Positions 1 to 7,338 of a stretch of 35,733 nucleotides of DNA are shown here, piece after piece. Source of the DNA: a bacterium (GTDB lineage: Bacteria > Zhuqueibacterota > Zhuqueibacteria > Oceanimicrobiales > Oceanimicrobiaceae); contig JBHHXN010000039.1 in assembly GCA_046757025.1 (NCBI GenBank), positions 1 to 35,733 on the forward strand, written 5' to 3'. A model generated the notes under the pieces. The model was not told where the DNA came from, made no database searches, and saw only the letters and a list, made by a program, of their open reading frames with translations. The translations under genes were made by a program, and so were the position numbers. Each line of letters opens with the position of its first letter. Positions within the stretch are counted from its first letter, which is position 1.

Positions 1-61
1 GTAATCGGGAATCCAGAACTCGGTGCAACTCTGGATGCCCGTTTAAACATACGGGCATGAC
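1..61. repeat. Palindromic interspersed element (dRS3/CIR/RPE-like), truncated by window edge
   Basis: Nested inverted repeats CGGGAATCCAGA (6-17) / TCTGGATGCCCG (30-41) and ATGCCCGT (35-42) / ACGGGCAT (51-58), ending GGGCATGAC; resembles the GGGAATCCAG...CTGGATTCCCG...CGGGAATGAC element family. Confidence 0.6.
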
Positions 62-149
62 AACCGAACGTTTGATTCGGGGGCATGGGCAAAAAGCTGG
101 AGACAGGTTAATTCCTGAAAAAGAACCGGCAAACATAACACGAATCGTA

Positions 150-884
150 ATGAAATATTATCTCTTTTTGGATGAATCAGGCGACCATGGCTTGTCCACC
201 ATTGATTATAATTTTCCAGTTTTTGTTTTGTGCGGCATCGTTGTTTCAGCTTCAAACTACGGGGACATCCAAAATGAAATGAACCGCCTCAAACAAAGAT
301 ATTGGGGTGCGAAGAAGGTTCTTTTTCATTCGCGTGACATTCGCAAATGTGAAAAGGAGTTTAAGATTCTCTTCGATCTCGAACTCAAACGAAAGTTTTA
401 TGATGACATCGATAAGTTGGTTGCGGAATCAACCTATACCATCATTGCTTCGGCCATTCAAAAGGAGCGATATATAAAACGCTATGGCAAACTCAATGAA
501 GACGTCTATGAAATTGCTTTGTCTTTTATTGTGGAAAGGACTGTGTTCTATCTCGATGATGCCCTCTCTGGAAAGCCTGAGCTCGAAATCATAATCGAAA
601 AACGAGGTAAAAAAGAAGACCGCCAACTGGAAGCCCATTTTCACCAACTCATGGCGCGGGGCACGTACTATGTTTCTGCAGAAAGAATGAAACGATATGG
701 AATGAAGATTTCTTTTCGGGATAAGAAAGATAACATCAATGGCTTGCAATTAGCAGACTTGATCGCCTATCCGATTGCTCGGTATGTAATTGATAAAAAG
801 AGGGCGAATCCAGCATTCGATGTACTGGCACCGAAATTCTATTTAAAGAGGAACAAGCGATATGGTTTGAAGATTTTCCCCTAA
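150..884 (+). CDS. DUF3800 family protein (RNase H-like fold, putative nuclease)
   Basis: N-terminal YLFLDESG, internal FHSRDIR, C-terminal GLQLADLIAYPI motifs; start re-called to ATG150 (MKYYLFLDESG) because ORF-track start 57 lies in the palindromic element. Confidence 0.8.
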   Translation: MKYYLFLDESGDHGLSTIDYNFPVFVLCGIVVSASNYGDIQNEMNRLKQRYWGAKKVLFHSRDIRKCEKEFKILFDLELKRKFYDDIDKLVAESTYTIIASAIQKERYIKRYGKLNEDVYEIALSFIVERTVFYLDDALSGKPELEIIIEKRGKKEDRQLEAHFHQLMARGTYYVSAERMKRYGMKISFRDKKDNINGLQLADLIAYPIARYVIDKKRANPAFDVLAPKFYLKRNKRYGLKIFP

Positions 885-915
885 AAAGTAAAAGCCCCGA
901 CTTGTGTCAGGGCTT
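883..915 (-). terminator. Intrinsic terminator on minus strand
   Basis: AAGCCCUGAC-ACAA-GUCGGGGCUU followed by UUACUUUUU when read on -. Confidence 0.6.
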
Positions 916-952
916 ATTACCGACCGGGGACACCCCAGTCCTTTTCTTATTT
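884..952 (-). ncRNA. Candidate small structured RNA convergent with the DUF3800 gene (DUF3800 RNA-motif-like)
   Basis: Two hairpins (892-915, 922-940), each with a C/A mismatch on + that becomes a G-U pair on -; U-rich tail on -; minus-strand sigma70 promoter just upstream. Confidence 0.6.
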
Positions 953-958
953 GAAAAT

Positions 959-987
959 AATATAACCGAAAAAGTTTCAAAATGCAA
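959..987 (-). promoter_or_regulatory. Sigma70-type promoter for the antisense RNA
   Basis: Minus strand TTGCAT (987-982), 17-nt spacer, TATATT (964-959). Confidence 0.5.
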
Positions 988-1530
988 GCATTTTCTACCG
1001 TTGGTGATTTTTTTAGTATCGGTAATAAAGCGCTTTTAGATGAATATACGACAGCTTTTCTCTGCTCACAAAAGTGCCCGGCCAGCATCGTTTTAAAATC
1101 CTACGATTGGGCCATTGCACAAAGGGAGGGCGGTAATTGCGTAATCTCCGGCTTCCATTCAAAAATTGAGAAGGATGTTTTGCACTATTTGCTAAAAGGC
1201 CAGCAGCCTATTATCCTCGTTTTAGCCAGAGGCCTGAAAAGCAAAATCGAACCCGAGATTGAACAAGCTATAGAGGAAAAACGTTTGCTTGTGGTTACGC
1301 CCTTTGATAAGTCGGTCAAGAGAATCACCACGGAAACAGCTACAAGAAGAAACGAATTCATGGCCGAATTAGCGGATGAGCTATTTGTGGCCTACGCCTC
1401 ACCAAATGGCAAACTGCAAACACTGATTTCTCAGAATCTCGCAAAGGGCAAAAAGATACTTACTTTCGATGTGGAAGAAAATGTTCGTTTAATCAAATTG
1501 GGTGTAAATTTATATTCATTCGAAAATTAA
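982..1530 (+). CDS. Short DprA/Smf-like (SLOG superfamily) protein
   Basis: AFLCSQKCP, VISGFHSKIEKD, IILVLARG, RRNEFMAELADELFVAYA match the DprA Rossmann core; no SAM or winged-helix domain. Confidence 0.7.
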   Translation: MQAFSTVGDFFSIGNKALLDEYTTAFLCSQKCPASIVLKSYDWAIAQREGGNCVISGFHSKIEKDVLHYLLKGQQPIILVLARGLKSKIEPEIEQAIEEKRLLVVTPFDKSVKRITTETATRRNEFMAELADELFVAYASPNGKLQTLISQNLAKGKKILTFDVEENVRLIKLGVNLYSFEN

Positions 1531-1560
1531 TTCTGTAGTCCGTTTTTTTCCCAGTGTGCC

Positions 1561-1598
1561 GTAATTCCCTGCAACCATTTCCCCGTCCCGGCATTGTA
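1561..1598 (+). promoter_or_regulatory. ECF sigma promoter, copy 1 (autoregulatory)
   Basis: TGCAAC (1570-1575), 16 nt, CATTGTA (1592-1598); the same motif and spacing recur at 2174-2202. Confidence 0.65.
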
Positions 1599-1604
1599 TA
1601 TTCC

Positions 1605-2168
1605 ATGACCCTGGCCGAAGAAAAACAACTCGTCAAAAAAGCCCGAAGCGATCCCGAAGCTTTTGGCGTTCTGTTTGACCATTATTACCCAAAGATTTTT
1701 GGTTATGTGCACAAAAGAGTACTCGATTTCGAGGCGGCCAAAGACATCACATCAGAAGTGTTTTTCAAATCGTACACCCATCTCTGGAAATTCCGCTGGC
1801 AGGGCATTTCCATCTCTTCCTGGTTTTACCGCATCGCCACCAACGAAATCAATGCGTATTTCAGAAAGAAGCGATACCGACCGCAGTCTCTTCAGAAGTT
1901 GATAGATGAATACGGATTCAATCCGTTGGATCCGCAAACTACCGAAGAAGAGAAAAAAGCCGCGGAACGGCAATTGCAGCAGCACCAGGATTTTTTAACC
2001 ATTCATTCAAAGCTCAAATATTTGCCATTAAAATATCAGGAAGTCATTTCCCTGAAAAATTTCGAAGGGATGCGTATCCGGGAGATCGCCGAAATTCTCC
2101 ACAAAAAAGAAGGGACCGTGAAATCGCTTTTATCACGAGGCTTAGAAAAGCTCAGGCATCTTTTGTAA
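1605..2168 (+). CDS. ECF-family RNA polymerase sigma-70 factor
   Basis: Region 2 (AFGVLFDHYYPKIFGY, AKDITSEVF, SWFYRIATNE) and region 4 (LPLKYQEVISL, EIAEIL, GTVKSLLSRG); start re-called to ATG1605. Confidence 0.92.
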   Translation: MTLAEEKQLVKKARSDPEAFGVLFDHYYPKIFGYVHKRVLDFEAAKDITSEVFFKSYTHLWKFRWQGISISSWFYRIATNEINAYFRKKRYRPQSLQKLIDEYGFNPLDPQTTEEEKKAAERQLQQHQDFLTIHSKLKYLPLKYQEVISLKNFEGMRIREIAEILHKKEGTVKSLLSRGLEKLRHLL

Positions 2169-2202
2169 TTCAGTGCAACCATTTGCGATTTTCTTCATTG
2201 TA
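2165..2202 (+). promoter_or_regulatory. ECF sigma promoter, copy 2
   Basis: GTAATTC-NN-TGCAACCATTT-N11-CATTGTA, identical architecture to 1561-1598. Confidence 0.65.
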
Positions 2203-2214
2203 GAGTTAGTGCTA

Positions 2215-2346
2215 AACACTGAAGGACTCCGATATTCACCGAATGAAATCAATTTCTTTAAGAGAATGAATCAAAATAAGGAATGATTTGAAATAGTTCA
2301 TTTTGAATTTAATACTGTTCAGTGAGCCTCGGCGACCTTCGGTGTT
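2215..2346. repeat. MITE-like element with imperfect 29-bp terminal inverted repeats
   Basis: AACACTGAAGGACTCCGATATTCACCGAA (2215-2243) vs reverse complement of 2318-2346 AACACCGAAGGTCGCCGAGGCTCACTGAA, 22/29 identical, AT-rich interior. Confidence 0.5.
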
Positions 2347-2373
2347 CAATTATTAATTTTATTGGACAAAAAA

Positions 2374-2850
2374 ATGGAAAAGAATGAATTTATGGATAAA
2401 ATGGAAAAATTAAATGTGCCGGCAGTCACCAGTGAGATACACAAAAAACAGCTCAAACTGACCTTGCTCAACACGCGTAAATCAGCGGCATTTGGCGTGT
2501 TGCTTATCGTCACGCCGTTTTTATTTCTCATGGGGATTTTGTTCAAATACTATCTGAATTGGCATTCCAGCATTTTTACCGTTTTTTATGAGTGGCTGGT
2601 GAACCTCGATCCGGACAGCGACACCTCCATCTTGAGCTGGCTCATTCGGTTTCTGCTGCTGGGCGGACCCGCTTTAGCAGTGGTTCTGAATTTACTGGCC
2701 CTGGTCCATTTTCAGTACGATAAACAAGGGAAGGAATTACTCATCAGCATCAAAATCAAATGGTTAAATCTGGCCATCGTGGCGGTGTGCACATTCTTTT
2801 TACTCATTTTCTTGTTTTATTTGCTGTTGGAGAATGTGAATCATGGATAA
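2374..2850 (+). CDS. Membrane protein (about 3 TM), candidate anti-sigma factor or sigma target
   Basis: Short soluble N-terminus (HKKQLKLTLL) then three hydrophobic segments; directly downstream of the ECF sigma; start ATG2374 or TTG2362. Confidence 0.7.
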   Translation: MEKNEFMDKMEKLNVPAVTSEIHKKQLKLTLLNTRKSAAFGVLLIVTPFLFLMGILFKYYLNWHSSIFTVFYEWLVNLDPDSDTSILSWLIRFLLLGGPALAVVLNLLALVHFQYDKQGKELLISIKIKWLNLAIVAVCTFFLLIFLFYLLLENVNHG

Positions 2851-3024
2851 GTTTGAAGTTTCAAGTTTGATGATTCCAGTTTCAAGTTAAAGGTTCTGTT
2901 TTAGTCATTCTTAACAAAAATCTCAAGTCTGATTCGTCATATTCTTATTCTATTTTGCCATGAAACTTTTGTTCTTCCAATAAGTGGAATAGCCATACAC
3001 CATCACATAGCAGGAGGGATTAAG

Positions 3025-3930
3025 ATGTGGGCAGGTTTGCGTAAAATCGCGTACTTTTTCTCGGTACTGATCATTGCGGCTGGCATCTATCTGGCTTTTT
3101 ATGCAGAAAAGGAAGTACAGCAAAACGTACTGGAATATTCACTGAATTTGATGGGCGAAAAACTGTTAGCCATGGTGCCGGAAGGCGAAGGAAAAGATAA
3201 ACTCAGCGAGATGTACGAAGGCTTCAAACAGCGGGCCGTGGAAGGCGAGCTTGCGCCCGAACAGATCGAGACGGTGGCGGCCAACATTCTCAACGTGAGC
3301 AACTCGGATTCCAGCCTCACGCCGGAGCAAGCAGAAGCGGTTTTGCGCTCGGCCATGATGGTGCCACGGGCGGGTATGCCGCCGGCACCGCCACTCGTAC
3401 CCGGCGAGGAACGATCTTTTCAAATTCCGCCTACTGCCCCTGAGCGCTGGCAACACCTGGGCAAGCGCGTAAAAGCCATGTTCGAATTCAACGAGCACAT
3501 GCACCGAGCCATGCGCGAACAGGCTTTCAATCGCCGAGAGCTGGCCAGGAAAATTCGATTTCGTGTCAAAAACGGTTTGAATCTCGCCTTGGATACCCGT
3601 TTGCGGCCGTTCATGGAGGAAAAGGAATTTCAGCAGGTCCGAGAAGAGATGAAAGCATTGGAAAAAGAACGGCTGTTACACTGGCATGAAAATCTGTCGG
3701 AGGAGCTTGAGCGGGAAATGACTGAACTGAGACAGCAGCTGGAATCCATGCAGGAGTCTTTAAATGAGCTCAAAGATACGCAATTCTTGGAATCGCTGGA
3801 AGGATTGGAAGCGTTGAAAAACCTGGAACACCTGAAACAAATACCGTACATCGATGCCGACTCCATTCGCAAAGTGGTGAAGAAGAGTCTCGAAGAAGCC
3901 GGCGTCCGTTCGCGCAAAAAGCAAAATTGA
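3025..3930 (+). CDS. Hypothetical membrane-anchored coiled-coil protein
   Basis: GGAGG RBS, single N-terminal TM, Pro-rich linker, E/L/K-rich helical C-terminus. Confidence 0.75.
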   Translation: MWAGLRKIAYFFSVLIIAAGIYLAFYAEKEVQQNVLEYSLNLMGEKLLAMVPEGEGKDKLSEMYEGFKQRAVEGELAPEQIETVAANILNVSNSDSSLTPEQAEAVLRSAMMVPRAGMPPAPPLVPGEERSFQIPPTAPERWQHLGKRVKAMFEFNEHMHRAMREQAFNRRELARKIRFRVKNGLNLALDTRLRPFMEEKEFQQVREEMKALEKERLLHWHENLSEELEREMTELRQQLESMQESLNELKDTQFLESLEGLEALKNLEHLKQIPYIDADSIRKVVKKSLEEAGVRSRKKQN

Positions 3931-4035
3931 ATACAAGGGATTCCGCATTAGAATTCGATTTTGAAAAAGTATTTACCACACCTGTTGCTTTTTTAAATAC
4001 ATATCGTCCACATATTATTTTAGGGAGGAAAAGGC

Positions 4036-4920
4036 ATGACTCAAAAAGTCTCCAAAGTCAAATTTATTTTATGGTGGTTTTTGGTAGTAGGTTTTACAAA
4101 CCATCTACCAGCGCAAGAGATCGGTCCGGCCAACGGGGCGCTTGTACTCGTAGGCGGTGGCTTGAGAGATCAGTCCATCGTTAAGCGCTTTTTAGATCTC
4201 GCTGGCGGTGCGGATGTGCCCATTGTTGTCATTCCAACGGCCGGTGGCGGCGAGCGCTATGATCCGTACTGGCGTGGGCTGCGGCAATTTAAAGAAGCCG
4301 GCGCCACCAATCTCACGGTTCTGCACACCTATGATCCCGAGGTAGCCGACACCGAAGAATTCGTCAAACCACTGACGACGGCCAGAGGCGTCTGGTTTGC
4401 CGGCGGCCGGCAGTGGCGCTTAGCCGATGCGTATCTCAATACCAAAGTTCACGAGGCATTGTGGGATTTGCTGGAACGCGGCGGGGTCATCGGTGGCACC
4501 TCGGCCGGCGCCACCATTCAGGGCTCGTTTCTGGCACGGGGAGACACCAAAACCAACACCGTCATGATGGGGGACCATGAAAAAGGGTTGGGATTTTTAA
4601 AGATGACGGCGGTGGATCAGCATCTGCTGAAACGCAACCGCCAGTTTGACTTGATCGAAATCATCCAGGCGCATCCCGAGCTGCTGGGAATTGGTTTGGA
4701 TGAAGATACGGCCATTGTGGTTCAAAGGGATCAATTCGAAGTCATCGGTCAGAGTTATGTGGCCATCTATGATCACAACCGCATGCTCGATTCTGGCGGC
4801 CGCTTTTATTTTTTGGCGCCAGGCGATCGATTTGACCTGACAACCCGAGAGGCCTTTCGTATGAGTCGTACCCGACAACCGCTGCAGCGTGTGAAAAGTC
4901 AGGTCTGGCCGTCGAAATGA
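4036..4920 (+). CDS. Cyanophycinase-like serine peptidase (S51) with signal peptide
   Basis: LVLVGGG, VVIPTA, FAGGRQWRL, GGTSAGA (catalytic Ser), DQHLLKRNR, GIGLDEDTA; N-terminal signal peptide ending LPA-QE; GGAGG RBS. Confidence 0.85.
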   Translation: MTQKVSKVKFILWWFLVVGFTNHLPAQEIGPANGALVLVGGGLRDQSIVKRFLDLAGGADVPIVVIPTAGGGERYDPYWRGLRQFKEAGATNLTVLHTYDPEVADTEEFVKPLTTARGVWFAGGRQWRLADAYLNTKVHEALWDLLERGGVIGGTSAGATIQGSFLARGDTKTNTVMMGDHEKGLGFLKMTAVDQHLLKRNRQFDLIEIIQAHPELLGIGLDEDTAIVVQRDQFEVIGQSYVAIYDHNRMLDSGGRFYFLAPGDRFDLTTREAFRMSRTRQPLQRVKSQVWPSK

Positions 4921-5215
4921 GCCTACCTTTTTGCAGCATTTAATTTGCATACTCAATAAAAAATTGTTTTCATGGGGGTGGACGCACTTCACTGACTGTG
5001 TGAAAAGTCACACTCCATCCTTATTCTGGCGGACTTTTAATTTATTTGACATAAGGCGCTGGTTATACAAAAAATCTCCCAGAATGACATTTAGCTGTGG
5101 TGGACTTGAGAAACATTACAATCATGCATTTAACGCAGATTGAATAGCAGGAACACCCGGTTTGGATGCGGTTTTTTGCAGGAGTGCTTTGTACAAGACA
5201 TTTGAATATTTTTTA

Positions 5216-5244
5216 TTGCATTTGAGGTTAGAATGAATTATCAT
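5216..5244 (+). promoter_or_regulatory. Sigma70-type promoter upstream of U32 gene
   Basis: TTGCAT (5216-5221), 17 nt, TATCAT (5239-5244). Confidence 0.5.
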
Positions 5245-5305
5245 TAACCCGACTTTCGCACCAAATGATAAGATACTCAAGCAGATAAAATATAGAGAAG
5301 CAATC

Positions 5306-6661
5306 ATGACTGTTGAAAATCTGCCACCTGAACTGCTCATGCCCGCTGGCAATTTCGAAAAACTCAAATTTGCCTTTTCCTACGGAGCGGACGCGGTGTA
5401 TGCGGGGGTACCGATCTTTTCACTGCGTGCACGTGAAAATGATTTCACACAAGACACCATCCAAGACGCCATCGAATTCACGCATCGACTGGGCAAACGC
5501 ATTTATCTCACCATGAACATTTATGCCCACAACCTCAAAGTGGACAAGTTTCTGTACACCTTCCAGGCCATGTCCGATTTGCAGCCCGACGGTTTTATCA
5601 TGACCGATCCGGGTTTAATCCACCAATCGTTGAAATTACGGCCAGAGAGCGTCATTCATCTTTCCACGCAAGCCAACGCCACCAACTGGGCCACGGTGGC
5701 ATTCTGGCGCGACCTGGGGGTTAAACGTATCATCCTGCCCAGAGAGCTCTCCATCAAAGAAATGGTTACCATGCATGAAAAGGTGCCAGACATCGAATTG
5801 GAATCCTTTGTTCACGGCTCGATTTGCATCGCTTATTCGGGAAGGTGCTTAATTTCCAACTACCTGAATCACCGAGATGCGAATCAGGGTACCTGCACCA
5901 ATTCCTGCCGCTGGGAATATTCCATGGCGCTGGATCGGCAAAGCCTGCTGGAAATGGAAAGAACCGCTGCGCCTTCCGAGAATTACAAACCTCTTGTCGC
6001 CAGCTATTTTTTGAAGGAAGCCAAGCGCGTTGAAAAGCAATTCATCGAAGAGCAATTTGAAATCGACGAGGACGAATACGGTACCTATTTGATGAATTCA
6101 AAAGACCTGTGTGCCATCGAACTTTTGAAGGAGTTGCACAACGCCGGCATTGGAAGTTTTAAAGTGGAGGGACGCAGTAAATCGATTTATTACGTCGCCA
6201 TCGTGGCGCGAGCCTATCGCCGAGCCATCGATGATTTGGTGAATGAGCGTCCATTTGATCGAACAAATTTGCAGGAGCTGTTCAGCACCTCCAATCGCAC
6301 GCTCATGACCGGTTTTATGATGCGCAAACCTCAGGAATACGGGGAGAATTTTGACGACGGGGACTCCCTGCCGCTTACGCATCGTTTTGCCGGAGTGGTA
6401 CAGGATTACGATGCAATTACGGGCCAGGCGTTAGTGGACTTCAAGAACAGGGTGGAGGTAGGGGAGTGGCTGGAATGGATCTCACCCACAAAATCAGTTA
6501 AAATGAAAGTAGAGGCGATTTTCCGGGCAAATGGAGCGGCGGTTGACGCGGCGCATGGCGGGGTGCAGTTCAAAACCCCGGCGCCGTTTGAGCCCGATAC
6601 GTTCACCCTGGTGAGACAGCCTTTAACAACCTGTAAACACAAACAAAAATCCATATTCTGA
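5306..6661 (+). CDS. trhP: Peptidase U32 family tRNA hydroxylase (TrhP/YegQ type)
   Basis: PELLMPAG, HLSTQAN, ELESFVHGSICIAYSGRCL, NQGTCTNSCRW (Fe-S Cys), EDEYGTYLMNSKDL, FKVEGRSKS as in YegQ. Confidence 0.85.
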   Translation: MTVENLPPELLMPAGNFEKLKFAFSYGADAVYAGVPIFSLRARENDFTQDTIQDAIEFTHRLGKRIYLTMNIYAHNLKVDKFLYTFQAMSDLQPDGFIMTDPGLIHQSLKLRPESVIHLSTQANATNWATVAFWRDLGVKRIILPRELSIKEMVTMHEKVPDIELESFVHGSICIAYSGRCLISNYLNHRDANQGTCTNSCRWEYSMALDRQSLLEMERTAAPSENYKPLVASYFLKEAKRVEKQFIEEQFEIDEDEYGTYLMNSKDLCAIELLKELHNAGIGSFKVEGRSKSIYYVAIVARAYRRAIDDLVNERPFDRTNLQELFSTSNRTLMTGFMMRKPQEYGENFDDGDSLPLTHRFAGVVQDYDAITGQALVDFKNRVEVGEWLEWISPTKSVKMKVEAIFRANGAAVDAAHGGVQFKTPAPFEPDTFTLVRQPLTTCKHKQKSIF

Positions 6662-6794
6662 AATGAAATCGGAATTCGAAAAACGAAAATCGTGCACATC
6701 CAGCATTTCTGGTTTTCAAATTATCAATTTCGATTACGGTGTAACCGTGTAAAAGTTAACTCTCAATTCTAAATAAAAAATACAGGAGTTCATA

Positions 6795-7148
6795 ATGTCC
6801 TATAATTTTTATAAAGTCATGCATCTTTCCGGAATACTCATTTTGTTCATGTCCCTCGGCGGGGTGATCGTCAGAAATTTTGCGGCGCAAAGCGCCGGCC
6901 TGAAACGGTTGACCGCCATCAGCAACGGGGTGGGGATGATTCTGGTTTTTGTGGCGGGTTTCGGCTTGTTTGCCAAATCAGGTATTCCCCTGCAGGGCTG
7001 GGTGATCGTGAAAATAACCATCTGGGTAATTTTAGGTGGATTGCTCGCGGTAAACAAACGCAAACCCGAATGGTCAAATCTATTGTGGATCACCTTCATC
7101 GTTTTAGGGGTTTTAGCGGCTTTTTTAGCCACCACAAAACCGTTTTAA
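6795..7148 (+). CDS. Small four-TM membrane protein (SirB2/DUF2269-like)
   Basis: AGGAG RBS; YKVMHL N-terminal His motif, four hydrophobic helices, WVIVK motif; family assignment uncertain. Confidence 0.65.
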   Translation: MSYNFYKVMHLSGILILFMSLGGVIVRNFAAQSAGLKRLTAISNGVGMILVFVAGFGLFAKSGIPLQGWVIVKITIWVILGGLLAVNKRKPEWSNLLWITFIVLGVLAAFLATTKPF

Positions 7149-7338
7149 TTTGCTAATTTGGAACACAAGGCAATACGAGAAGTTTATTGTAGTAAATCGG
7201 ACTAAATTTCATGGATGCTTGCTGATCACTCTCATACTGACCGTTTTGGCAGACATTTCAGGTTGAAGTGGATTTTAGAGTGACTCAATTTATTTGAATT
7301 ATACCGATTGAGTAAATTCATCAGGAGGTTGAGGAATT

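Noticed and set aside
57..149. N-terminal extension of the DUF3800 ORF
   Set aside because: Begins inside the palindromic element; the family normally starts just before the DESG motif, so ATG150 is preferred
1554..1604. GTG-start extension of the ECF sigma
   Set aside because: Overlaps the promoter motif itself; ATG1605 fits better
2961..2990. TGAAAC SigW-like -35 upstream of the 3025 gene
   Set aside because: No matching -10 at the expected spacing and does not match the local ECF motif
5227..5280. Fur/PerR-like box over the trhP promoter
   Set aside because: AATGATAAT half-sites are present but a 7-1-7 match needs an indel; AT-rich context makes chance likely
4931..5367. Short ORFs 4931-5143 (+) and 5122-5367 (-)
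   Set aside because: No RBS or recognisable motif; lie over repeat relics and the trhP promoter
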